NCBI GenBank assembly: GCA_039588275.1
Contig: JBDHAC010000027.1
Span: forward strand, 1-64,000
DNA: 64,000 bases
Source: Gemmatimonadota bacterium
GTDB lineage: Bacteria > Gemmatimonadota > Gemmatimonadetes > Palauibacterales > Palauibacteraceae
Direction: 5' to 3'
The notes beneath the pieces are model-generated. The model worked only from the letters and a program-made list of their open reading frames with translations. It did no database searches and was not told the origin of the DNA. Each line of letters opens with the position of its first letter. Position 1 is the first letter of the stretch. Made by a program: the position numbers and the translations under genes. Below, in pieces: positions 1 through 8,892 of the stretch.

Positions 1-126
1 CGCCGCAGCGTCGAACGCCTTCTCCTTGGTGCTGGCGAACTGCGGGATCGCGATCGCGGCAAGAATGCCGATGATCACCACCACGATCAGCAGCTCGATC
101 AGGGTGAAGCCCTTCGTGTTCCGCAT
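1..126 (-). CDS. pilA: Type IV major pilin (PilA-like), 5' part; runs off the window edge
   Basis: Not in ORF track. Reverse complement reads MRNTKG|FTLIELLIVVVIIGILAAIAIPQFASTKEKAFDAAA (class III signal, G|FTLIE). GAGGAG RBS, sigma54 promoter upstream, downstream of pilSR. Confidence 0.9.
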   Translation of the reverse strand, partial: MRNTKGFTLIELLIVVVIIGILAAIAIPQFASTKEKAFDAAA

Positions 127-219
127 GGTACTCCTCGCTTCTCTCTGGTTGTTACCCGGGGCGATCTCTCCGAGCTCCGGAGCCGCTGTTCGTAGACTCC
201 GCCTCACGTGGGTGGAAGG

Positions 220-235
220 GCAACCGACGTGCCCC
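220..235 (-). promoter_or_regulatory. sigma54 -24/-12 promoter of the pilin gene
   Basis: Minus strand GGGGCAC-GTCGG-TTGC (GG-N10-GC), ~95 nt upstream of pilin ATG, next to a sigma54 activator gene. Confidence 0.8.
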
Positions 236-252
236 ACGCTGCCATTCTGGCT

Positions 253-277
253 TAACGCGTTGTCAGGTATCGTGTTG
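253..277. promoter_or_regulatory. 25-bp IHF-like pseudo-palindromic box (copy 1)
   Basis: TAAcgcgTTgtcaggtatcgTGTTG; same spacing as 8319-8343 and 10324-10348. Confidence 0.55.
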
Positions 278-400
278 CGGAGAGTTGCGAGGCACCCTCT
301 GATGGGGTTTGATCAGGCTTGTCCTTGCAGGATGCATGACGGATTCGCGTATGTGGATCGGGCGTCCTGCGAGACGCGCTGCCTCCACTGTTGGGGCGTT

Positions 401-1768
401 TTACACATCCAGTTGATAGCGCTTGATCTTGCGGTAGAGTGTGCTCGGATCGATCCCCAGCACCTCCGCCGCACGGCTCTTGTTCCCGCTCTCGGCTCGA
501 AGAACGTGCTCGATGTACGCGCGCTCGATCACTTCGAGCGTGGGGTTGGCCGGTGGCGCTTCCCGTACAAGCGGCTGGGCCGGCTGTTCGCACAGGCGCG
601 GCGGCAACGCATCGTCCTTGATCGTCCCCCCGTTCGTCAGCACGACCGCCCGTTCGATCACGTTCTCGAGCTCCCTGACGTTGCCGGGCCACTGGTATTC
701 CTGCAGGACCTTCATGGCTTCGTCGGACAGCTTCTTGGACTTGTCGCCCGTCCTCTCCCCCTCGCGCTTCAGGAAGAACTCCGCTAGCAACGGGACATCA
801 TCCGGACGGGCGCGCAGGGGCGGAAGCTCGACGGAGATCACGTTCAGACGGTAATACAGGTCGCTGCGGAACCGACCCTGTTCGATATCTCTCTCGAGGT
901 CGCGGTTCGTGGCCGCGATCAGCCGGACGTCGGTGTCGATGGGCTTGGTGGCGCCGACCGGAATCACTTCGCGCTGCTGCAGCACACGGAGCAGCTTCAC
1001 CTGAGTCGAGGGGGCCATCTCGCCGACCTCATCCAGGAAGAAGCTCCCGCCGGAGGCGGCGACGAACAGACCCTCTTTGTCGCGGACCGCTCCCGTGAAC
1101 GAGCCCTTCACGTGTCCGAACAGCTCCGACTCGAGCAACCCTTCGGGAAGCGCAGCGCAGTTGAGGCTGAGAAAGTGCCGGTCCGCTCGCTCGGAGAGCT
1201 CGTGAATGTAGCGCGCGAAGACTTCCTTCCCTGAGCCGCTCTCACCGCGGATCAGGATCGTGGAGTCACTCTTGGCCACCGACTCCGCGAGCTCCAGCGC
1301 CTTGCGGAACTCCACGCTCACGCCGATCGGTTTGAGCAGCTCCTTGTTCTTGGTCTTTCGGATCTGGCGCTTGAGCTGGACGTTCTCCCGCTCCACTCGA
1401 CCGATGTCGAGCGAGCGACGCAGAATCGCCACGAGCTCCTCGTTCGAGAACGGCTTCTGGACGTAATGCGTGGCCCCCAGGTTCACGGCCTGGATCGCGG
1501 ACTGAAGCGATGCCTGAGCGGTCATCAACACGACCGGCGTCGTCGGGTCGCGCTCGCGAATCGCCTCTAGCACGTCCACGCCGCTCACCTTGGGCATGCG
1601 CACATCGGTTAACACCAGGTCGGGCTTCGACTCGGCAAAGCGCTCGATTCCTTCCGAGCCTGACAGCGCGGCGAGCACGTCGAACCCTTCGCGCTTGAGC
1701 AGCACGCTGAGGGTCTCGATCATGCTCTTCTCGTCATCGATGAGCAGGATTCTCGGCTTGTCACTCAT
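401..1768 (-). CDS. pilR: sigma54-dependent response regulator (NtrC/PilR family)
   Basis: Receiver domain (LIDD..D..MP..K), AAA+ GESGSGKE and ESELFGHVKGSFTGA, C-terminal Fis-type HTH; lies between sensor kinase and pilin. Confidence 0.9.
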   Translation of the reverse strand: MSDKPRILLIDDEKSMIETLSVLLKREGFDVLAALSGSEGIERFAESKPDLVLTDVRMPKVSGVDVLEAIRERDPTTPVVLMTAQASLQSAIQAVNLGATHYVQKPFSNEELVAILRRSLDIGRVERENVQLKRQIRKTKNKELLKPIGVSVEFRKALELAESVAKSDSTILIRGESGSGKEVFARYIHELSERADRHFLSLNCAALPEGLLESELFGHVKGSFTGAVRDKEGLFVAASGGSFFLDEVGEMAPSTQVKLLRVLQQREVIPVGATKPIDTDVRLIAATNRDLERDIEQGRFRSDLYYRLNVISVELPPLRARPDDVPLLAEFFLKREGERTGDKSKKLSDEAMKVLQEYQWPGNVRELENVIERAVVLTNGGTIKDDALPPRLCEQPAQPLVREAPPANPTLEVIERAYIEHVLRAESGNKSRAAEVLGIDPSTLYRKIKRYQLDV

Positions 1769-1806
1769 GTCAGCTCGGACTCCTCACGTTGGTGCCCCGC
1801 CGGTGT

Positions 1807-3624
1807 TCAACCCAGGCGATCGGCGACCTCTTCCATGGTGGCTGACGATCCGGCCGCGTGGGTAGAAGGATGCGCACCGTCAGGCACGCTTTCGGCCACC
1901 AGATCGGCCCAGCCTTTCCGCTCCAGATCCTCACGCTCGTCCCAATCACGTCGCGGCAAGATGATCGCGAAGGTAGCTCCGCGGCCGGGCGACGAGCTAA
2001 CGAGCAGCGCCCCGCCGTGAGCCTGCACGGCGCGGTGGGCGATCGCCAATCCCATTCCGCTCCCTCCCTGACGCCGCGTGTAGAATGGATCAAAAATGCG
2101 ACCGATGTCTTCCGGCGCAATTCCCGGCCCATTGTCGATCACCCGAATCCGAACCGGCATTCCCGCGGCCAGCTCGGCCGGGACGCGCTCCGGCTTGAGC
2201 GAATCGGCGACGACTCGGACGGTCACAGGACGATCCGGGTCACTCACCTGGACCGCGTTCAGTATGACGTTCGTAAGCGTCTGATGCACAAGGTCCGGAT
2301 CTCCCCACAGGTCGTCAAGCGCGGATGCGATATCGACTTCGAACGTCGCCCGGTCCAGCGACTCCGGGTGCTGGCGCACCATGTCGATCGCCTCCCGAAT
2401 CACGCGCTCGAGCTCGATCGGCTTTCGCGCGGCGACCCCCACCCGCGCGAAATCGTTGAACTCCCCCAGTAGCCGTGAGAGTCGATCGGCTTCTCGGACC
2501 ACGAGCCGGTTCAACGTCTCTCGGTCCTCCGAGTCCGACTGGGGATCCGCGATCTGTTCCACCGCACTCCGAATCGACGCCAGAGGGTTTTTGATCTCGT
2601 GCGCGAGCGAAGCCGATAGCTCCGCGACCACTCCCAGGCGACTGGCGCGCAGGTGCAGTTCTTCGAGCTGTCGGGCCATCTGGAGGTCCTGGAGGACTAC
2701 GGTAACCAGCCGGGGCGCACCGGGCTGTTCGAGCAACGCCGTGCTGACCGAGTATGGCAGGGCCCGGCCGTCCTCGCCGGTGATCTCGACTTCCCGGTTT
2801 CGAATGGCCTTGCCCGAATCGAGCGTTTCGGCCGCCGCCGTCGCTACACCGGGGGCCCTCAGGTCGAGCGGCCCGAGGAGCGGCTCACCGATCCAGCGTC
2901 CCAAATCCAGGTCGAGCAGAGTGGCGGCGGCCGGATTCAGATAAACGGCGCGCCCGTCCGGATCCAGGGTGATCACGGCTGCGTCGATCGCTCGCAGGAT
3001 GTCCGAGGTCCCGACGCGCAGGCGAGTGAGCTCGCCTTCCACGTTGGAGAGCTGGTGTTCGATCTCGCGCAACCTGCCTCCGATCAGACCGCTCACCAGG
3101 GCCACGATCGTAAAGATCAGGATCTGGAGAACGACGGCGATGCCGAGTTGCTCGGGATAGGCGAGCGCGATCTCCAGCATGTAGGCGAAGCCGGTCGCCA
3201 GGGCGATCAGCACGGCGGCGGGCAGCGGCGTGATGAGGGCGTAGCCGGATACCAGGGCTATGTACAGGAGCGGTGGGAAGACGCTCTCGCTCCCGCCCGT
3301 CAGGTGAACGATACCCGTCAGCAGGAGGACATCGAACACCGCCTGCGTACGGATGAAGCTTTGATCCAGCGGCCCGACGCGCCGGAAGTGGCTGTAGGAG
3401 TAGGACAGCGCCGTGATCAACGCGACGGCCGCGAGCGTGACGAACGACATGGTTCGCACGCTGGTCCCGGGCAGCCATGCGCCGCCCGCCAGCCACCCCT
3501 CCCCTACCACGATCGCGGCGCCGTACACCGCCAGCGTGACAGTCATTCGACCGGCGTAGATCCAGTACAGGACGCGGCCTACGTCCTGTGCCTGAGGGCG
3601 GGTGTCCGCCGGCGGATCGGTCAT
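1807..3624 (-). CDS. pilS: Membrane sensor histidine kinase (PilS-like)
   Basis: Multiple N-terminal TM helices, PAS-like region, H-box LAHEIKNPL, N/G boxes DNGPGI and GSGMGL. Start set at ATG 3624 (ATGA overlap with upstream ORF). Confidence 0.85.
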   Translation of the reverse strand: MTDPPADTRPQAQDVGRVLYWIYAGRMTVTLAVYGAAIVVGEGWLAGGAWLPGTSVRTMSFVTLAAVALITALSYSYSHFRRVGPLDQSFIRTQAVFDVLLLTGIVHLTGGSESVFPPLLYIALVSGYALITPLPAAVLIALATGFAYMLEIALAYPEQLGIAVVLQILIFTIVALVSGLIGGRLREIEHQLSNVEGELTRLRVGTSDILRAIDAAVITLDPDGRAVYLNPAAATLLDLDLGRWIGEPLLGPLDLRAPGVATAAAETLDSGKAIRNREVEITGEDGRALPYSVSTALLEQPGAPRLVTVVLQDLQMARQLEELHLRASRLGVVAELSASLAHEIKNPLASIRSAVEQIADPQSDSEDRETLNRLVVREADRLSRLLGEFNDFARVGVAARKPIELERVIREAIDMVRQHPESLDRATFEVDIASALDDLWGDPDLVHQTLTNVILNAVQVSDPDRPVTVRVVADSLKPERVPAELAAGMPVRIRVIDNGPGIAPEDIGRIFDPFYTRRQGGSGMGLAIAHRAVQAHGGALLVSSSPGRGATFAIILPRRDWDEREDLERKGWADLVAESVPDGAHPSTHAAGSSATMEEVADRLG

Positions 3625-4079
3625 GGTTCGTCGATCGCGTGATGGGTCAGCCACTCGGGAGGTTCGTCGAATGCGGTGAGCTCCACCAGGCGACCTCCAT
3701 CCACTCGCCCCGTTAGCGAATGCAGATCCCCGGACTCGGGATCGGCGAGCGAACACCGCAGAAGGCGGCGATCGCCGGGGACCGGCTCGAGCCCCTCCCG
3801 CAGGCGGAGTCCCAGTATCTCTTCCACGTCTGCCGGGCGCGGCCCACCTCGAAGAAACGTGACAGTCCAGGAGGCCACTCGTTCGGTACTGGCATGGCCG
3901 TCCGCATCAGGGGCCAGGCGGATACGGAGACGCATGTCCGAAACGTGGTAGACGAGCCACCGATCACGGGCCACACGCCTGTCGGCGGTCGCGCGGCCCA
4001 GTCGAGCAAACACAGCGCTCGAGTGACGACCGATGAGGTCGCCGAGCAGGATTCGCCGAGGGATCGCTGACCGAGTCAC
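3621..4079 (-). CDS. Hypothetical protein
   Basis: 152-aa ORF whose stop overlaps the pilS start; protein-like composition. Confidence 0.6.
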   Translation of the reverse strand: MTRSAIPRRILLGDLIGRHSSAVFARLGRATADRRVARDRWLVYHVSDMRLRIRLAPDADGHASTERVASWTVTFLRGGPRPADVEEILGLRLREGLEPVPGDRRLLRCSLADPESGDLHSLTGRVDGGRLVELTAFDEPPEWLTHHAIDEP

Positions 4080-4153
4080 GCTCGGTAGTTAACCCACAAC
4101 GCTTCTGCCTGGCAACCGGGCTACCGGAGCTCTCTTTTCCGGTGCCGAAGGGT

Positions 4154-4420
4154 TCAAAGGGCGTCGCTTGAATCCGCCGGCGAAGGGGTCGGACTCGGGA
4201 GCTCTGGGGCCCGTTGCCTCGGCTCCTCCAGAAGTGGGAATTCCTTCGTCGTCTCGCCGTCGGCCCGCAACGGCTCGGCCTGGACCGCTGCGGCACCGTC
4301 GTCTCGGTCCGCTCCCCGGGTCAACGGGCCGGCGAGCGCCACGAGTCCCAGGAAGCCGGCGAGGACCGCTATGATCACACCCTTTATGAGCGCCTGGCCG
4401 ACGTCTCCGATCCGGGTCAT
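4154..4420 (-). CDS. Small single-TM hypothetical protein
   Basis: MTRIGDVGQALIKGVIIAVLAGFLGLVALAG hydrophobic segment; ATG 15 nt after the pilX-like stop, with GAGGG RBS. Confidence 0.55.
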   Translation of the reverse strand: MTRIGDVGQALIKGVIIAVLAGFLGLVALAGPLTRGADRDDGAAAVQAEPLRADGETTKEFPLLEEPRQRAPELPSPTPSPADSSDAL

Positions 4421-4434
4421 GTCGCCACCCCTCA

Positions 4435-6220
4435 TCACGGTGCGTTCAACACTTCCCTGAACGATCCCGGCACGATCCCGTAATCGGGCAGCGTCGGGTA
4501 GCACGGGATCTCCGAGAGCAGAAGCTGCGTGTCGTACTCATAGAAGCGCGGGTGGGCCGGCGAGACGCTCGTCCACGGACTCGAAGACGGACGCCGCGCG
4601 ACCACGAGGTTCCCCAGGCTGTACAGCGTCCAGGCATTACGTATCGCCCGTTCATCCCGATCGCCGAACACCGCGGCCCCGTTGTTCGCCTGGATGGTGC
4701 CGTTCTGGTTCAGGTCGAAGCGGTACGTGCCCGGACCCGCGTCGCCACCGTTGGCCGCCCAGTCGTTGCGCTTATGCGTTCCCGTGGTCCCCCCGGGGCG
4801 CCACGTTCCGTTTACCGCGAGGACGGCGGTTTGGGCGAAGATCACCCGGGGCGAGAAGTGGTCGATACGCACGCTGTCTTCCGAGACAAGGGCCATGCGG
4901 ACGGGGAGCCCCAGAGAGTCCCTTCCCGCCCACACGTTGTGGTCGATCCAGATCGTCTCGTCGCTGTAGATGCCGAGACTCACCCCGACGCTGTCCGGGT
5001 CGAGCAACCCATCCAGCGCGCCTCCGCCCGTTCCGTCCTCGCCCACGTCCAGCGTGTTGTTCGAATAGAAATTCGCGGACACGAACGGGGGCGTCATGTA
5101 CGACATCGTGTCCGTGACCGTCGCGTCTTCCGGAGAGCGACCGCCCAGGTGCCCGAATACATGGAGCTCCCCATCCGAGAAGATGATCCCGTTGAAGTTC
5201 GTGAGCGCGTTACCGTCGTACCCGAGAACGGGCGTTCCTCCATACGTGACCGGCGACGCGCTGAAGTCGAACTGGGTCATGTCGAGCAGGTAGCAGGAGG
5301 TCCGGTTCCGGCAGCCCGCCCTCGAGCCGCTCGTGTTCCTCGTCGCCGGAGAACCGTTCCGATACGCGCGGAACAGGTTGTCAGTCTGGTTGTCGATCGA
5401 TCCCGGACCGTCGAAGCCGATGTAGAGCCCGCGCCCGGCCGAGCATACTCCCGCGTTCTTGCTGGCGTTCTCGAAGAAGGGGAGGTTCACCAGGGCGGAG
5501 ATGGACTCGAGCGGCTGTACCCGGCCGTGTCCCTGCTGAAACACCCCGTAGCTCGGGTTGCTCAGCTGGCTCGCGTATTCCACGCGCGAGAGGAAGGTCG
5601 ACGTCGGTCCCGTCAGGATTACGTCGTCTCCGCTGTACACGCGTCCCGAGATCGTGATGTTCGGGGCTATGCGGATGTCAGCGTCCGAGAACACCGCATA
5701 GTCGAGCAGGCTGAGAACGTCGATGAGCGCCTCGAACGTCGCCGAGCTCCCGTCCGACAACGTCGTCGTCGACCACAGTTTGTACGGCGGCGGATCGATC
5801 AGAGGATCTTTGTTGATCACGCGTTGGACCGTGCTTCCGACCGCTTGCGTCCCGGCGGTGAGCGGTGCGTCCGCGCCGTACGGGATCACGTGCGATGTAT
5901 CGCTCGCGTCCGCGGCGCGGTGAGAGTAGTTGGACGAGTTGAACAGGAATCGGGGCGAGGCCGTCAGGTCGTTCTGCATCCCGACCATTCGGTGAAGACC
6001 CGATTCCGCGAAATACTTGGCGGACACGCCTCTCAGGTGGTTGCTGCTCACGCGCATCTCGCCGCGAGACACCGTCAACGCCAACGCGCCGGCGCCGAGC
6101 ACGACCACGGAGACCAGCAGGGCGAGGATGATCGCCCCCCCCCGTCTGATCCTTCAGCCTCGAGCGCAGACGACGCCGCGCCGGTGACAGGTCAGCGCTT
6201 ACTGGACGATGACGAATCAT
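4435..6220 (-). pseudogene. Large PilX-like minor pilin/adhesin, frameshifted (+1) at a G9 run in this sequence
   Basis: Deleting one base of the C9 run (6135-6143) joins MIRHRP...RLKDQTGG to AIILALLVSVVVLGAGALAL...AKYFAESG, a PilX-type N-terminus, giving 594 aa; follows a pilW-like gene. Confidence 0.75.
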
Positions 6221-6261
6221 GATTCCCTCGACCTCCATATCCTCCCCCAAAGATCCGCACC

Positions 6262-7134
6262 TCATGGGGTCAGCATGTTCCTCGGTACCACGCTCGTCGT
6301 GAGCGTGATGTGCGCCCGCCGCTCACCACCCTTGGTCAGCCGGAGCTGGATGCCCTCCACCTCGAGGTCGACGCGCCGGATCGCACGCCTTTCGGCCTGC
6401 GTGGTGGGGGTCAGGGTGTTCCCCATGTCGTCGTAATACGTGAACTGGATCCGTGAGACGCCCTCGATGAAGCGAACCCAGGGCCCCTGGTTGACCTTCC
6501 GCTCGAGGAAGGGCATGCCGCCGGCCGCGCTGACGTGGTAGCGCACCTCGTTCAGCTTGAGGACGGTCGTGGAGACGGGGGGAAAGGTGTAGATGAGCGG
6601 ATCGGAGGCGAAGCTGAGGTCCTTCCCCGAGATTCCGGTGAGCGTCACCACCTGGCTGTTCCCTGTGTTCCCGTCGAACAGGATGATGCGCTCGCCGGCA
6701 CCGAGACCACTCAGGTCCGCGCTCCCCGCCGCGTGCACCAACGTGCTCCCCACGTCCCCGTTGTTCGGATACCCCCCGTTGAGGGAGAAGCGCGCCGAGA
6801 CGACGCTGGGGTCCGGAATCGAGATCAGCGAGATGGCATCGTCCCGAAACGTCCCGACCGGGACGGAGCCGTCGTTCGGGACGATCATGTCCGGCACCTC
6901 AATGTCGTAGAAGTTCAGGCCCTGCCCTACGACTCTCACATCCGACGAAAGCCGCTGCAGCGCTGCCCGGACGTTCTGTTGTGCGTTCCCCACCTCGGTG
7001 GTGCGGTTTACAGCGGACGTCTGGTTGATCATGAAGCGTGTCGCCACCATCGCGACCACACTGAGCATGAAGATGGCGATCAGCATCTCGATCAGGGTGA
7101 AGCCCGCAACACGCCGGCGTCGGTTCGCCATCAT
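6262..7134 (-). CDS. Minor pilin, PilW-like
   Basis: RRRRVAG|FTLIEMLIAIFMLSVV prepilin motif; AQQNVRAALQRLSSDVR typical of PilW. Confidence 0.8.
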   Translation of the reverse strand: MMANRRRRVAGFTLIEMLIAIFMLSVVAMVATRFMINQTSAVNRTTEVGNAQQNVRAALQRLSSDVRVVGQGLNFYDIEVPDMIVPNDGSVPVGTFRDDAISLISIPDPSVVSARFSLNGGYPNNGDVGSTLVHAAGSADLSGLGAGERIILFDGNTGNSQVVTLTGISGKDLSFASDPLIYTFPPVSTTVLKLNEVRYHVSAAGGMPFLERKVNQGPWVRFIEGVSRIQFTYYDDMGNTLTPTTQAERRAIRRVDLEVEGIQLRLTKGGERRAHITLTTSVVPRNMLTP

Positions 7135-7139
7135 CTCGC

Positions 7140-7544
7140 CTACGGGTTCCGGTTCGCGATGAACAAGCGCATGGCCTGCTCGGCTCCGCCCGGGCCGCTT
7201 GGAATCCGCCGAACCGTGACGTCCACCTGCGCCAGCCGGCCCGGCACGATCTGGGTGACTGTCCATGCGGTCCGTATGAGGGATCCGTTGGCCAACGTCG
7301 TATCGGATTGGCCACTGGCGAGATTCGCGTAATCGAGCTCGTACAGTCGCTCGATCTGTCGCTGGGTGTGGAAGGTGGCCGTGGTCCGGTTACGGCTGTG
7401 CTGCCCACCGGTGGAGAGGGCCATGAGCAGACCGCCTCCAGCCATCAAGACGATCGAAAAGAGAGCGATCGTCACGACGAGCTCCACGAGGGTGAACCCC
7501 CTGGAGCCCTCGCCTACTGCTCTCGAAGCCGATGCGGTGCTCAT
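7140..7544 (-). CDS. Minor pilin, PilV-like
   Basis: SRG|FTLVELVVTIALF; short; position in a fimT-pilV-pilW-pilX order. Confidence 0.8.
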   Translation of the reverse strand: MSTASASRAVGEGSRGFTLVELVVTIALFSIVLMAGGGLLMALSTGGQHSRNRTTATFHTQRQIERLYELDYANLASGQSDTTLANGSLIRTAWTVTQIVPGRLAQVDVTVRRIPSGPGGAEQAMRLFIANRNP

Positions 7545-8212
7545 TGCCAGCCGCTTCCATCGTAGCGGAATCTCCGCACCGCCCCTCCAGCGGTAACCGT
7601 GACCGCGTACTGACGCGCGACCCCGTCCTCGAGCGTCACGTGCCCGGCCTCGGGGGCCGTACCGTCGGGCAGGATCGTCACCGCGTTGTTGGTGAACGTC
7701 ACGCCGTCGGCAACAACGGAAAGGCCGAGGGGACCCACCGAAGCGTCGCTGGGCTGTTGGAACTGGATGCCCTTCGGCAGCAAGTATCCGATCATGCCCG
7801 CATGCTGCACGGCGTTCGGGAGACCGGCGGCGGCGACCTCGCCGGGATCCATGACCCCGTCCATGTCCGTGTCCAGATAGACGAGGAAGAACCCCTCGCT
7901 CGTCGAAAGCCCGCCAGGTGCGAAATCCACGATCGCCGGGCGGTTCGCGGCGGCAGCGCGCCCCTTGGCCAGTGTCAGCACTGATACCACCTCTGCCGCT
8001 GCCGCCCGGGCGCGTTGTCCCTCCCGGTAGTTGCGAAACGAGTGGATCCCGAGACCGGCACCGAGCGCCACCAATGCCATCACGATCAACAGCTCCACCA
8101 GGGTGAAGCCGCCATGCCTCGCATGCGCAGCGTGGCGCCGCGAAGACCGGTCAGGCCAGTCGCCCAAGGATTCGAGACCCCTGTTCACGGAGGACATCCC
8201 CACGTTCATCAT
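7541..8212 (-). CDS. Minor pilin, FimT/FimU (GspH-like)
   Basis: HGG|FTLVELLIVMALV, LTLAKGRAAA, C-terminal VTVTAGGAVR. Confidence 0.8.
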   Translation of the reverse strand: MMNVGMSSVNRGLESLGDWPDRSSRRHAAHARHGGFTLVELLIVMALVALGAGLGIHSFRNYREGQRARAAAAEVVSVLTLAKGRAAAANRPAIVDFAPGGLSTSEGFFLVYLDTDMDGVMDPGEVAAAGLPNAVQHAGMIGYLLPKGIQFQQPSDASVGPLGLSVVADGVTFTNNAVTILPDGTAPEAGHVTLEDGVARQYAVTVTAGGAVRRFRYDGSGWQ

Positions 8213-8276
8213 CGTTCCTGTCCACCACCGGAGCGCATCGAAGGCGACCCGGATCGCTTACACTCGCCCTGTAATT

Positions 8277-8291
8277 GCAACAATCGGCCCG
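8277..8291 (-). promoter_or_regulatory. Candidate sigma54 promoter of minor-pilin operon
   Basis: Minus strand CGGGCC-GATTG-TTGC (GG-N10-GC), weaker -24 match, ~65 nt upstream of the fimT-like ATG. Confidence 0.55.
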
Positions 8292-8318
8292 CTGCCGGGT
8301 CGCGGCTTCCGCATTCTC

Positions 8319-8343
8319 TAATTCGTTTAGCAGAATCATGTTG
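8319..8343. promoter_or_regulatory. 25-bp IHF-like box (copy 2)
   Basis: TAAttcgTTtagcagaatcaTGTTG. Confidence 0.55.
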
Positions 8344-8813
8344 GCATTTGGCCACACGCCCTCCGAAGCGTGCCTGATGGTCGCTTCCGCGAGCCAGGTC
8401 GTTGAGCTATCTGTGCACAACACGCTAGTTCGTGCGCGTTCAGCCCGGCTGGTCATGTCCAGGTTCGTCGGGCGCGCGCAGGCTGGTGTGTGCGACGCGA
8501 CGGCGCTCCGGACACGGTGACCCCAACCTGTTCCTGTTCTTCGCCCCGGTTACGATGCACGCGCGCCGGAGTCGCCCGTCGGTCTACGGTGCCACTAAAC
8601 GGCAAGCCGCAGTCTCCGTGGCACGAGGTGGACAAGTCGTTACCTGCGTGCGCGATACAGGGACTGTTCGGGGTCGGATGGGGCGTCGGTGCGACAGACC
8701 GAACAGGGCAGAATGCGAGATTCCGTGGCGTCCGGGCACAATCAGCTCGAGCCATGTGGCAGGTGGTCCGGGCCGGTGCCCGACCGGCCCTCTGTCTGGG
8801 GCAGGATGACGAA

Positions 8814-8843
8814 GCGCGGTGAAGCCAGTCGGCTCCACCGCGC
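8814..8843 (-). terminator. GC-rich hairpin downstream of pilC (terminator/stability element)
   Basis: 13-bp stem GCGCGGTGGAGCC-gact-GGCTTCACCGCGC on minus strand (one G-U pair); only a weak U tail. Confidence 0.45.
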
Positions 8844-8892
8844 CTCACGCCCGAGCTCGTCGGGCAAGGGTGCCACCCCGGGGCAGGCTTTC

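Noticed and set aside
26..787. 253-aa plus-strand ORF
   Set aside because: Antisense shadow of the pilin gene, its promoter and pilR
4552..6222. Long antisense ORFs (also 35702-37918, 48801-51122, 53522-54916)
   Set aside because: Mirror frames of real genes, expected in high-GC DNA; no motifs
5678..6265. 195-aa minus-strand ORF as an independent gene
   Set aside because: Only its first part is meaningful (the PilX leader); the rest is the out-of-frame product after the G9 run
8432..8848. ORFs in the pilC-fimT gap
   Set aside because: Arg/Pro/Cys-rich shadow composition, no RBS, several mutually overlapping frames
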